Under the pieces are notes generated by a model. It had not been told where the DNA came from, made no database searches, and was given only the letters and a program-made list of their open reading frames with translations. Positions 9,894 through 19,348 of a stretch of DNA of 64,000 bases are shown here, piece by piece. The DNA lies in sequence record NC_070650.1, one strand, 5' to 3'. The position numbers were made by a program, and so were the translations under genes. The first letter of the stretch is position 1; each line of letters opens with the position of its first letter.

Positions 9894-10532
9894 ATGGCAC
9901 TCGATTTAACCAAACTCACCACCGCGAGTTTTACCCAACAGTTTATTATCACCAATCGGGTAAATGTGGAAGCGGGATATACCAACAACCCGGATGATTT
10001 GGGTGGTGAGACTAACCATGGCATTACAAAGGCGACCTCCCTGGAATGGAAATCTCTGTGGGCGAAATACAATTGGAATGGCGATATGAAAACCATGCCG
10101 TATGCGTTAGCTTACGACATTTACGTTCAAGGTTGGTGGAATAAAATGCTGCTTGACCAGGTGAGTGCGGTACACCCGGTATTAGCTGACCGTCTGTTTG
10201 ATTGGGGGATTAATTCCGGTCGTCAAAAAGGCGTGCTTGCTCTGCAACGCATTTTGAATGTCTGCAATCGCAACGGTAAGGATTATGCGGACATCACAAC
10301 GGATGGGGCTATGGGGCCTGGCACCATGACTGCTTTAAAAGCATTTATGGGTGTGCGCGGAAAACCAGGTCTGCGATATCTCATCACCACACATAGCGGC
10401 ATGCAGAATTCCTATTACGTGGACATCTCTGAACAACGCGCCGCGAATGAAACGTTCACCAATGGTTGGTTGAGCCGCGGATATTTTAACGACTCAATGT
10501 ATGCTGCATTGATTATGAACGGTACGCTCTAA
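9894..10532 (+). CDS. Endolysin, glycoside hydrolase family 108 with peptidoglycan-binding domain
   Basis: EAGYTNNPDDLGGETNHGIT catalytic motif; FDWGINSG; LQRILN...DGAMGPGT; GWLSR. Start moved to ATG 9894 (AGGAGG RBS) from track 9876. Confidence 0.92.
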   Translation: MALDLTKLTTASFTQQFIITNRVNVEAGYTNNPDDLGGETNHGITKATSLEWKSLWAKYNWNGDMKTMPYALAYDIYVQGWWNKMLLDQVSAVHPVLADRLFDWGINSGRQKGVLALQRILNVCNRNGKDYADITTDGAMGPGTMTALKAFMGVRGKPGLRYLITTHSGMQNSYYVDISEQRAANETFTNGWLSRGYFNDSMYAALIMNGTL

Positions 10533-10545
10533 AAATAACAGGGAT

Positions 10546-10595
10546 ATAGTTGGTGATTGGAGGGGTTATCCTTCGGTCACCAACTATGTTTTATG
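10546..10595 (+). terminator. Long hairpin between endolysin and spanins
   Basis: ATAGTTGGTGA (10546-10556) / TCACCAACTAT (10577-10587) perfect 11-bp stem, then GTTTTATG. Confidence 0.6.
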
Positions 10596-10612
10596 TCGCC
10601 TTAGGAGGCGTT

Positions 10613-11023
10613 ATGTCAAGTATAGAGTCAGCACTCAACACTTATGGGGTTTGGATTAAAGGGATTTTGTGGGTTGCCAGTATTGTTCTGGCGGGTTGGC
10701 TTGGCCATCACATGACAGCACTCAGTTATGAGTTGGACCAAACCAAATCTCAACTATCTACCGTATCTAATAATTATACCGAATATCAGCAGTTGGTAAA
10801 AGAACGTGATGACCTTAAAGATAAGTACATCAACGCCAAAGCCGATTTAGACAAACTACAGCAGGATAAACAAAATGACCTTACTAATAAAACTCAGCAG
10901 CTTCTTGATACTTTGCGCAGCCCTAACAGCGTGTACGCAAAAGCAGATTGTGGAGAAGCCGGTAGTTATCCAACAGTCTTTGGAACCAGTTTCGGCGCAA
11001 CTGATGCAGCCCCATCCAAATAA
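10613..11023 (+). CDS. i-spanin (Rz-like)
   Basis: N-terminal TM (GILWVASIVLAGWLG) then coiled coil; AGGAGG RBS before ATG 10613 (track start 10550). Confidence 0.85.
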   Translation: MSSIESALNTYGVWIKGILWVASIVLAGWLGHHMTALSYELDQTKSQLSTVSNNYTEYQQLVKERDDLKDKYINAKADLDKLQQDKQNDLTNKTQQLLDTLRSPNSVYAKADCGEAGSYPTVFGTSFGATDAAPSK

Positions 11024-11201
11024 CTTCAATGACCGGATGCAAATCTTTTTACGTAATAAAGACGGACAAATCCGGTTCTCCCAAAAGGATGCTACATGGC
11101 TGACTTTATTCGCAGGGGAAGCCGATAGCGTAACGCAACAAATGTCCGGATTGCAGGAACAAACTACACTGGACCGTAACCTCATCAATCAGAAAAAATA
11201 A
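10875..11201 (+). CDS. o-spanin (Rz1-like lipoprotein), overlapped with i-spanin
   Basis: Signal peptide with lipobox LTA-C20; overlaps 3' 149 nt of i-spanin in another frame. Confidence 0.85.
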   Translation: MTLLIKLSSFLILCAALTACTQKQIVEKPVVIQQSLEPVSAQLMQPHPNNFNDRMQIFLRNKDGQIRFSQKDATWLTLFAGEADSVTQQMSGLQEQTTLDRNLINQKK

Positions 11202-11238
11202 CAACATAACTGGAGGAGGCTTTCGCCTCCTCCTATGC
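11200..11238. terminator. Terminator; variant of dispersed hairpin element
   Basis: AACAACATAAC-T-GGAGGAGGC-TTTC-GCCTCCTCC-TATGC between convergent genes. Confidence 0.8.
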
Positions 11239-11328
11239 TGCGTGTAATCTATTTTAAGAAGACCAAAAATACTTTGATGTAACCGCCCAACTCTATTATA
11301 ATAACGTCGTATAATTGTTCGTAGGCAG

Positions 11329-12276
11329 TTATACGTTAGGTGCGTCGATGTTTGTTTGAGACACGACTTTATTGGCGGTAAGGGTTTTCGTAACGGTAAC
11401 ATCTTGTTCCATGACGACATCCTGTTTCATGGTCACTTCGCCATCGATAACTGCTTTACCGTCATAGCCATTTTCGGTGGTTGTCGACAGTGAACCCACT
11501 TTTACCAATCCTGTAAATTCGCTCAACGGACACTCGACTTTCATGTTGTCTGCTTTAACTTTGAAGTTTTTGCAGGTGAAGTCAATAATTTTAGCTTCCA
11601 CCGATAATGTTTCAGGCGCAACCATCGCTAGGTTGTTTTTATTCAACTCTACTTTGGTGCCAGTACTCAATTGAGCCAACATCGCTAAAGCCACGGCGTC
11701 TAAACTAAATTCGTGGCCGTTATCCGTAACAACATTCAATACCCCTTCTTTGGTATTCACCTGTATTGTCCAGGCTACAGGCTCACCATTACTTTTATTA
11801 GTTGCTAAGGTAACCTGTCCGGTATGTGTAGATACCTCTGTGTAATATGAATTTTCTGGTGATGGTTCTGGGTTATCTCCGTCGGGATTGGGGTTGTTGT
11901 TATAAACATGTGTCACTGTTTCTTGCCTACGCAAGTTATTGTCCAAACCCGATTCACGCCAGTAATACTTATCTTGGTTAGCAAATTGATATAGCTTTAC
12001 ACGTTCACCACGACGTACGTTTGGTGGAGTTATTCGGTTACCTGTTTCTGGGTACCAGGTTGCGGTAAGAGTAATGTCAGTCATGGTGGAGACTTCATAA
12101 TTCTTACCTTCTGCATCGGTACCTTTGGCCTGAATAATGGACGGGTTAGATCTAAACTCCCCATCCATGTGTGGGACCCACTCTATCGGAGTAACCAGGA
12201 TATCTTTCGAACCTATCTCTTTATGTTGGGTTACCCGACCTATTCCGATTTCACGTAAACCACCTTCATACGTCAT
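11329..12276 (-). CDS. Baseplate central spike (gp5/gpV/VgrG-like; phiKZ gp164-like)
   Basis: N-terminal OB-fold-like (PPNVRRGERVKLYQF) and C-terminal short beta-helix repeats (IDGEVTMKQDVVMEQDVTVTKTL). Confidence 0.75.
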   Translation of the reverse strand: MTYEGGLREIGIGRVTQHKEIGSKDILVTPIEWVPHMDGEFRSNPSIIQAKGTDAEGKNYEVSTMTDITLTATWYPETGNRITPPNVRRGERVKLYQFANQDKYYWRESGLDNNLRRQETVTHVYNNNPNPDGDNPEPSPENSYYTEVSTHTGQVTLATNKSNGEPVAWTIQVNTKEGVLNVVTDNGHEFSLDAVALAMLAQLSTGTKVELNKNNLAMVAPETLSVEAKIIDFTCKNFKVKADNMKVECPLSEFTGLVKVGSLSTTTENGYDGKAVIDGEVTMKQDVVMEQDVTVTKTLTANKVVSQTNIDAPNV

Positions 12277-12370
12277 GGTAATTCCTCTTTTACTGGAGTA
12301 AATACAAATAATGTAAAAAAATACTGGCTTGACTAATTCAATGCCCTATTACTTAGGTTTGGACCTTCCT

Positions 12371-12475
12371 GCCACGTAGTGGCGTTTATGATCTTAATAT
12401 AAAAGAGAGATCATAGAAATAAGTATATTAAGATCAGATCCGGGGATATACCTCCATGGGTATATCCCTTATATG
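12371..12475. promoter_or_regulatory. Structured divergent intergenic region with nested inverted repeats and GATC cluster
   Basis: GCCAC/GTGGC hairpin; TGATCTTAATATA (12389-12401) / TATATTAAGATCA (12424-12436); GGGATATACC/GGTATATCCC hairpin (12443-12468); four GATC within 12390-12440. Confidence 0.55.
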
Positions 12476-12577
12476 CCGTCTAAACCTAAAAGATAGGATA
12501 CTGTCAGATAATGTCCAAGCTAAAATTATATCGATGAGAAACATATTTTAGTAGCCCATCACGGTGAGTAATTAACC

Positions 12578-15028
12578 ATGGAATTAGATTCTCTTTTATT
12601 GGTGGGGTATAGACCCTTCCTGTTGAACAACATCAATGAATTACTCTATACCCCACAGAGTGCGTATCAAATCATCTTAGGGATGAACGGGTGTGGTAAA
12701 TCTTCACTGATGCGTGAATTGAGTCCTTTGCCTGCGACTCCCGGGGATTTTACTGAAGGTGGGGTAAAGAAATGGATTGGTCGTCACGAAGGGAACCAAT
12801 ACGAACTGAATAGTGAAATCGGTAAACGAAGTGCGAAGCACTCTTTTATTTGTAACGGGGAAGAATTAAACCCTGGCGGTACCGGCACCGTACAGAAAGA
12901 ATTAGTACAACAACATTTTAAATTAACCCCCGAAATACACCAGGTACTGCTTGGTAAAACCCGGGTTAAATTCACTAACATGGCGCCGGCTAAACGCCAA
13001 GAGTGGTTTCAACTCATTGCTCCAGTCGACATCAGTATTGCTCGCAAACAGTATCAATACTTTCTTAGTAAGGGACGTTCTCTTACAGAAGTCGAAAAAC
13101 ACCAAAAGCAAGAGCTGGTAGAGGCCAGTAAACGTTTAGGTGATGGGGTTGCGGTTCGATTACTTGAAGAAGAAATCCAAAAGTTAAGAGAACAAGCCCA
13201 GATTTATATGGAGGCCAAAGTTCCCGTCACCACGACGCAAGCAATCAGTTTATCCGAACTGGAGAAAGCCAGTCGGGACGTACTTAATTTTATTCCGGAT
13301 ACAGACTACCCAACTACCGATAGCGTCATGTTGGGAATTGCAGCCATTGAGCAGAAAATTGATGGCCTGGAGCGTCGCTACAAAGAACACGTTGACGCGT
13401 GCGTTAGAATTGAAAAACAGATTGCAGAAATTGGTGACATTGGTCATTTAGATATTTCATTGCTGATGGAACAATTAGGTCAATTAGCCGCTGAATTAGC
13501 AGTGTGCTCAGTCAGGGAACATGTTGTTCCAGAATCTCAGGTCAATTCTGTTATTGATATGGTTTCTGCTAGAATGACGGAAATTACCCAAGTACTCGGA
13601 ACCATGCCGGTTAAACGAGATGATTTTACTAAGGAGCAGTGGACCTCTCGCGGCGATATTTTAAATCGGTTAATGACGACTATTCAGAGCGACGAATACA
13701 AATTAACCAATCTTCAAAATCAGTTATATCAAGTAGAGTCGGCGCAATCGGTTAAATGCCCAGCATGCGACCATCAATTTAAACCCGGTATCGAGCACAA
13801 TGCAGCAGACCACATTAAATCACTTATAGAAAGCACCAATTTAAGCATACTCACCAATAAGGCTCAAGCAGATAAACAGCGAGAATACCTGGATGAGTTT
13901 GAGGCATGGTACGGACCAGCCAAACAACTTGCAAGTTTGTTGAATAGCGAAAGCATGCATTACGTTAAAGAGATGCTGTATGGGTTGGATGATTTATGGA
14001 CTGCCCCCCGAAAGGCTATTCCTGAGTTGATGTCTTGGCTCAATACCTTGAAAGAATATCAGCACTATTTATCTTTACGTGATGCCCATGCAACTACCCA
14101 AAAAACCTACAGCATGGCAGTAGATGCTACCGCCAAAGCAAAACGCCAACAGGTGGATGCGTATAAACAACAATACGCAGATGAAGAACTTGCATTATCT
14201 AAAGTGCAGTCAAACCTATTAGGCTGTCGGGAAACCTTAACCCGGTTAATTCAAATTAAACGTAGATACGTGGAGTTTGAACAGAACCAAGCCGTCCTGT
14301 TACAGCAATACAATAAAACCATCGATGCTGAGATTGCCTACGCAAATCGTGGTTTTAATGCCATTCTTGATAATTACATTGGGGAGATACATAGTCGATT
14401 GGGTCTGTTGGAAAATCAACGGATTGCTTTGATACAGGCCGCAAGTCACGTAGAAAGATTGAATGCGTCTTTAAAAGTATTGTCGCAAGATATAGAGGCA
14501 TGTCAGGTATTGGCCTCTATTCTTTCCCCTAAGGATGGTTTTATCGCAGAACAATTATCAACCTCAGTAAATGCACTGTGCGATGCCATGAACGCAGTTA
14601 TTCGAAACGTTTGGACTTACGACCTAGAAATATTGCCGTGTGGAGTAGATTCCGGAGAGCTTAATTATAAATTCCCCTTACGAGTCTACGGTAATGATGA
14701 ATTGCCTCTTGACGATATTTGTGAAGGGAGTGAGTCTCAATGTGAGATGGTCAATTTAGCATTTAGATTGATTGTAATGGCCTATTTATCGCTTGCCGGA
14801 TATCCGCTTTATTTGGATGAACTTGGTAGGGAATTTGATGAAACCCATGGAAGTCGGGTGATGCAATATTTGAAATTATTGGTTGACTCCCAACAAGTGA
14901 GCCAGGTATTTCTTATCTCACATAACCCGGCGTTACATAGCGTATTTACATTAGCGGATGTAAACATCATCAACACAACCAATATCACCCTCCCGGCGGA
15001 GTATAATACCTGCATGACGATACAATAA
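12578..15028 (+). CDS. sbcC: SbcC/Rad50-like SMC ATPase (phiKZ gp165-like)
   Basis: Walker A GMNGCGKSS, central coiled coils with CPAC zinc hook, signature CEGSESQ, Walker B LYLDELG, H-loop LISHN. Confidence 0.95.
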   Translation: MELDSLLLVGYRPFLLNNINELLYTPQSAYQIILGMNGCGKSSLMRELSPLPATPGDFTEGGVKKWIGRHEGNQYELNSEIGKRSAKHSFICNGEELNPGGTGTVQKELVQQHFKLTPEIHQVLLGKTRVKFTNMAPAKRQEWFQLIAPVDISIARKQYQYFLSKGRSLTEVEKHQKQELVEASKRLGDGVAVRLLEEEIQKLREQAQIYMEAKVPVTTTQAISLSELEKASRDVLNFIPDTDYPTTDSVMLGIAAIEQKIDGLERRYKEHVDACVRIEKQIAEIGDIGHLDISLLMEQLGQLAAELAVCSVREHVVPESQVNSVIDMVSARMTEITQVLGTMPVKRDDFTKEQWTSRGDILNRLMTTIQSDEYKLTNLQNQLYQVESAQSVKCPACDHQFKPGIEHNAADHIKSLIESTNLSILTNKAQADKQREYLDEFEAWYGPAKQLASLLNSESMHYVKEMLYGLDDLWTAPRKAIPELMSWLNTLKEYQHYLSLRDAHATTQKTYSMAVDATAKAKRQQVDAYKQQYADEELALSKVQSNLLGCRETLTRLIQIKRRYVEFEQNQAVLLQQYNKTIDAEIAYANRGFNAILDNYIGEIHSRLGLLENQRIALIQAASHVERLNASLKVLSQDIEACQVLASILSPKDGFIAEQLSTSVNALCDAMNAVIRNVWTYDLEILPCGVDSGELNYKFPLRVYGNDELPLDDICEGSESQCEMVNLAFRLIVMAYLSLAGYPLYLDELGREFDETHGSRVMQYLKLLVDSQQVSQVFLISHNPALHSVFTLADVNIINTTNITLPAEYNTCMTIQ

Positions 15029-15071
15029 TCATATGGCTACTGCTATCCTTACTTACTCATTTGATTGAATT

Positions 15072-15111
15072 AACAACATATTTGGGAGGGCGAAAGCCCT
15101 CCCATTTTTTT
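15072..15111. terminator. Terminator; copy of dispersed hairpin element
   Basis: AACAACATATT-T-GGGAGGGC-GAAA-GCCCTCCC-A-T7. Confidence 0.85.
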
Positions 15112-15112
15112 G

Positions 15113-15739
15113 TCAAGTTAATAAACCGTGGTCCCTAAGGATTTGCGCCATCCTAGCGTTTGTCGCCTTGGAAGCTGCCAACTGATTTTCTAAATCAACG
15201 ATTCTGCTAGATAGTGTCGTATTGTTAGTGATTGCAGCCTGCCTGTTTGCCTCGGCTATTTCATGCTGCTCGGCTGTCACGGTAGTAACTAAAGTAGCCG
15301 TGTTAACCGTAACTGGGGCAACTACACCGAGTACACTCACCGCAAGTTCACCCACCTGCTCAACAAAATTCGATAGATCCACGCCAGAATACAATGCCCC
15401 CAAATTAACACCTACCACAGTGTATTTATATTCCACCGTAGATTGGTTTGGATATTGGGCGATATACGTGCTAGGTACGTACATCGTAGCGACACCAGTA
15501 TTTGCCCCGGCCAGAGTCACCAACATCGCCCCGGTATTTAAATCCTCCAGGTAGTTCTGCTGGGTTAAACCTTTAGGTGAATAATATTCACTATATACAT
15601 CCACCCCCGCAGTGGCTAAATCCTCGAAGCGTCGAACGGCAATGCACGTGTACTCGTGTGTCAGGTCGGACACCCACGGCGTCCTCAGGGTATAAATACC
15701 CTTTGCATTCAGTGGTGGTACGATGCTGATGTTTGCCAT
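15113..15739 (-). CDS. Conserved phage protein, probable virion component
   Basis: 208-aa ORF with C-terminal coiled coil; co-directional with 15752..17080. Confidence 0.6.
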   Translation of the reverse strand: MANISIVPPLNAKGIYTLRTPWVSDLTHEYTCIAVRRFEDLATAGVDVYSEYYSPKGLTQQNYLEDLNTGAMLVTLAGANTGVATMYVPSTYIAQYPNQSTVEYKYTVVGVNLGALYSGVDLSNFVEQVGELAVSVLGVVAPVTVNTATLVTTVTAEQHEIAEANRQAAITNNTTLSSRIVDLENQLAASKATNARMAQILRDHGLLT

Positions 15740-15751
15740 GGGATGGTCCTA

Positions 15752-17080
15752 TTACGAATTAAAGAAGGCTTTGGTCAATACCAAATAGTCGGCGTCATTA
15801 TAAGTGGCTGACACGTATGTAATTCCCCCGCGAACTACGCGCAGCATGCCTTGAGGTACGTCGCTGGTTGGGGTCATACTCTCAGCAGCATAGAGCAGAC
15901 TATTTAATAGGATACAAAATCCTTGAGTGTTGGTTGACATTCTGTCAAAATCAGCGGATGTGGTGGACACAGCCAAATAGTCAGGATATTGCGCCGTTAG
16001 TGTAGTCTCAGCCAATCTGTTTTCTTGACTGCCGATGGCTAAAAACATAACTGACTTATACGGGCTTGCATGAATCGAACAGCCCTGAGCTATCCAGGTT
16101 GGACTATAACCATACATCGCAGATTGTGCTGTTGTTAACAGACCTGGAATTTGGACACCAGAACCATAGACCCCACTTAATACCGTTTGGAATTCTATTG
16201 CAATGTTGTTCCATAGTGGAACAATGTAGAATTCAGTGGGAATAAAAAGGTCTGGAAAGTGCACCCTCCAGATGCTTTCACTGTAACTGGTATTCGACAA
16301 GATATAATTTTTAATGGCGTCACGAATGGCATCATCATTATTTCCTGCCTCACCCCAAATGGTGACTAAGAAAGTTACTTTGGTGTGCTGAGTGCTATCC
16401 GTGCTATCGTACCAAATATAATCGCGAGCAACGAGATGGGTATATGCAGTACCCCCATACGTCTGGTTTGCTTTGTTAACCATATCCATGGTATCGATGC
16501 TGGCAATTAATGGGATAAAGGTTTCGGCGCTTTGATGCATCAAATCAACACTATCAGTCGGGATGGTAATACCAATCTCGAAGAAACTGTATTGGTTTTC
16601 AAAAGCGCTATTTGCAAACCACATTTTAACACTACTGCCGTCGGTATCAGATACCAACGATAACGTAATGTATTGCGGCAAATAACGTCCATGGGCATCT
16701 ACCACCATGGCACCGATATCTTCGATATTGAAGATGGTGGAAAACTCAGAATTAAACACCTGAGCACATGCAGTAGCATCACTGGTAAATACCAAATTGA
16801 TGCATTGGGTGTAAAACCACTGTGCTGCATGAAGTAATGGGGTTTGATATCCGGTCGGCATCACGATGTTATTGGTGACCGTCGAACCCGAAGATTCCGT
16901 AATCGTTTCTACAGAACGAAAACATAATAAAATGGCATCGGGATATGTATCGCTACCATAAATTCCCATATCGCGGGAATAGGTTTTCGATTTACGGGAC
17001 AGCTCGCCTAGCGTGGCAACTGCCCCGTAAGTATTATCGATCAGTCCCTTCATGCCGACGAAACAATGAGCACTGTACAT
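15752..17080 (-). CDS. Virion structural protein
   Basis: 442-aa ORF; LGELS..S.TYS and FPDLFIPTEFYIVPLW motifs recalled from phiKZ-like structural proteins. Confidence 0.6.
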   Translation of the reverse strand: MYSAHCFVGMKGLIDNTYGAVATLGELSRKSKTYSRDMGIYGSDTYPDAILLCFRSVETITESSGSTVTNNIVMPTGYQTPLLHAAQWFYTQCINLVFTSDATACAQVFNSEFSTIFNIEDIGAMVVDAHGRYLPQYITLSLVSDTDGSSVKMWFANSAFENQYSFFEIGITIPTDSVDLMHQSAETFIPLIASIDTMDMVNKANQTYGGTAYTHLVARDYIWYDSTDSTQHTKVTFLVTIWGEAGNNDDAIRDAIKNYILSNTSYSESIWRVHFPDLFIPTEFYIVPLWNNIAIEFQTVLSGVYGSGVQIPGLLTTAQSAMYGYSPTWIAQGCSIHASPYKSVMFLAIGSQENRLAETTLTAQYPDYLAVSTTSADFDRMSTNTQGFCILLNSLLYAAESMTPTSDVPQGMLRVVRGGITYVSATYNDADYLVLTKAFFNS

Positions 17081-17109
17081 TTGCTGCCCCTTGGGTTATG
17101 ATTTGGCAA

Positions 17110-17126
17110 TAATAAGATGATAAAAT
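17110..17126 (+). promoter_or_regulatory. Repeated 17-mer TAATAAGATGATAAAAT (candidate promoter/operator)
   Basis: 16/17 identical to 17733-17749; both lie just upstream of consecutive + genes. Confidence 0.45.
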
Positions 17127-17163
17127 GACACTTAACTGGGTCATATCTTAACGGAGAAAACCT

Positions 17164-17715
17164 ATGTTCTCAACTTTTTTTAAAATTTTGCCGGCATTGT
17201 GGCCGTTTTTCGTCGAAATTATTACCGGCGGTAAGAAAGACGATTTTTACGATACACCCAGCAAATTAAAATCACTCTTTATTATTTTCGCGGTGCTAGT
17301 TGCACTGCTTGGTTACGGGTCATATCAGTTATATAGCGCTTGGGTTGAAATCCAAGAAAGCCGGCAGACCATTAATCAATTACAATCAAAGTTAGGTGCC
17401 TTGACTCCGCAATTGGACGAAAAGAGTTCTCAGATTGTAGAATTGAAACGAGAACTCGCGGAAAGTAAGTCGGAAGCTCAAGGCTTGCGTTATGACAAGG
17501 ATGAATGGCGCTCGAAATATGAAGAAGAACACCACGATGCTCAACTTCATGAATTCGAATCGACACAGTTAAGGTTGTTGTTAAATCAATGTTTAGTGCT
17601 AACCCCCACGCTACAAAAATTCAAAGAAACTAAACATACACCTGAGAAATTGCGTGAACATAATCGCGCAATTGATAAATTAAATGGAATCAAACATCAG
17701 GCGTTATCTGAGTGA
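17164..17715 (+). CDS. Membrane-anchored coiled-coil protein
   Basis: N-terminal amphipathic helix, TM LFIIFAVLVALLGYGSY, long coiled coil. Confidence 0.65.
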   Translation: MFSTFFKILPALWPFFVEIITGGKKDDFYDTPSKLKSLFIIFAVLVALLGYGSYQLYSAWVEIQESRQTINQLQSKLGALTPQLDEKSSQIVELKRELAESKSEAQGLRYDKDEWRSKYEEEHHDAQLHEFESTQLRLLLNQCLVLTPTLQKFKETKHTPEKLREHNRAIDKLNGIKHQALSE

Positions 17716-17732
17716 AAAGTTACGTGGGGGAT

Positions 17733-17749
17733 TAATAACATGATAAAAT
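17733..17749 (+). promoter_or_regulatory. Repeated 17-mer TAATAACATGATAAAAT (candidate promoter/operator)
   Basis: Second copy, 27 nt upstream of RNase H start. Confidence 0.45.
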
Positions 17750-17776
17750 TTGGACGATTAATTTAAGGGTATCGCG

Positions 17777-19336
17777 ATGAGCAAACTTGAAATGGTCATT
17801 TATACGGATGGTGGTTGTAACCCAAATCCCGGAGGTCCGTGTGGGTGGGGATTTCATGGATACGTTTATTCTAGCGATACGCTAGTAGACGCAGTCCCAA
17901 AAAAGATAGACACTCCCACGAACTTAGGCTACCTCAATGGTAATAACCTAAAGGAAGCCCAGTCAGAAATTTCGGCTTCCGCACATACCTCCAACCTTCC
18001 GAAAATCATGGGTTGCAAACCCGAGAGTACTGTGGATGGGTGGGGAGCAATTTATGCGGATACTCTCGGCGTAGATAAAACCACCAATAATGTCGCAGAA
18101 CTTATGGCGGCAACACGCGGTGTGCAACTGGCCATTAAAAAAGAAGTATCTCGCGTACATCTTATTCTGGATTCTGAATATGCGCTTGGTATTACTAAAG
18201 CGGCACAGTCATGGAAACGCAACGGTTGGTTACGTCCGGACATGACCCCACCCAAAAATCTGGAGTTATGGAAAACATTAGATGCCGTCGTGGAAGAGGC
18301 AAAATCCAGAGGGATTCAGATATCGTGGCAATGGACCAAAGGTCATTCAGATAACCTCGGCAATAAACGTGCAGATTTAAATGCCAACCGCGGTATTAAA
18401 CTGTACAAGCTCGATCGAATGTCTGAAATATTCGAAGAATTCCCATTCAACAAATATGTTACTGGGGATTCCAGACCAAGTCGTTTCTTCGGTCACGGCG
18501 CTTGGTATTTTTATACCCATCTCGGTGAAGTACCAAAAACAGAAGATGGTCGATTCATCTATTATTGTGGGGTGCATGATAAGCAATCCACAAAACAGGG
18601 TACTCCAAAAATAACGGCTAGCCGCCGCAAAAATGAGCTTTTCGGCAAAGCTTCTGGGGACTCTCGTTACTCAATATTGTTTACTAAGGAAAGTGACCCG
18701 GTGTTGGAAGTTATTCGCCAGCACCAAGATGTGGTTTGTGAAAACCCGTATAGTAACGTGGTGGTGGCTGATTTAGATGCCATATTTAAAGCACAAAACT
18801 ATGCGGATATTAGTCGACATGGTCCGGATTATCTGAACGTGATTTATCCGAATAATGATCTATGGACATTATCTGACGACATGCTGACCTTTGAAGCCAA
18901 TCCACCACGCCTAGCTTTAAATGCGATGGAAGACCTCGAATTCTTATCTCGGGTCCTGAAATCACATGTCGGATTGGAATCGTCAGTATCGTTGACAAAG
19001 ACCGATGTGACCTCAGCATTTTTTGATGTTGAGGAGAAGAAAGGCAAGTCTGTGAAGAAAATCAAAGCCCATCTCAAACCTGGGGTCAAGTCTATTGACC
19101 TCGAGGTAAAATACAATTTGGGGGGCGATATCAGGACAATGCCTACCACACTTGCTTTTGGAATACATTGTCCAGATCGCAATGTGCTTTCTTCACAGGC
19201 TGAGCGGGATGCTTCTGTTTATTTAGTAACCTGGCCTGAATCGGTATTATCATTTCGGTACGCCTTTGTCTTTGAAGCAGGTGGTGACAGTAGTTTGTAT
19301 TGTGCTGTTGATGCCAACCACGTATTCACGAAATAA
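17777..19336 (+). CDS. rnhA: Ribonuclease HI with long C-terminal extension (phiKZ gp155-like)
   Basis: IYTDGGC..NPG, TNNVAELMA, LILDSEY, NLELWK, WQWTKGHS..GNKRAD..A motifs. Confidence 0.92.
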   Translation: MSKLEMVIYTDGGCNPNPGGPCGWGFHGYVYSSDTLVDAVPKKIDTPTNLGYLNGNNLKEAQSEISASAHTSNLPKIMGCKPESTVDGWGAIYADTLGVDKTTNNVAELMAATRGVQLAIKKEVSRVHLILDSEYALGITKAAQSWKRNGWLRPDMTPPKNLELWKTLDAVVEEAKSRGIQISWQWTKGHSDNLGNKRADLNANRGIKLYKLDRMSEIFEEFPFNKYVTGDSRPSRFFGHGAWYFYTHLGEVPKTEDGRFIYYCGVHDKQSTKQGTPKITASRRKNELFGKASGDSRYSILFTKESDPVLEVIRQHQDVVCENPYSNVVVADLDAIFKAQNYADISRHGPDYLNVIYPNNDLWTLSDDMLTFEANPPRLALNAMEDLEFLSRVLKSHVGLESSVSLTKTDVTSAFFDVEEKKGKSVKKIKAHLKPGVKSIDLEVKYNLGGDIRTMPTTLAFGIHCPDRNVLSSQAERDASVYLVTWPESVLSFRYAFVFEAGGDSSLYCAVDANHVFTK

Positions 19337-19348
19337 AGGAGAAACCGC

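Noticed and set aside
11106-11420. 104-aa minus ORF spanning spike 3' end, terminator and o-spanin
   Set aside because: Crosses a bidirectional terminator and overlaps two real genes; low-complexity translation of the hairpin
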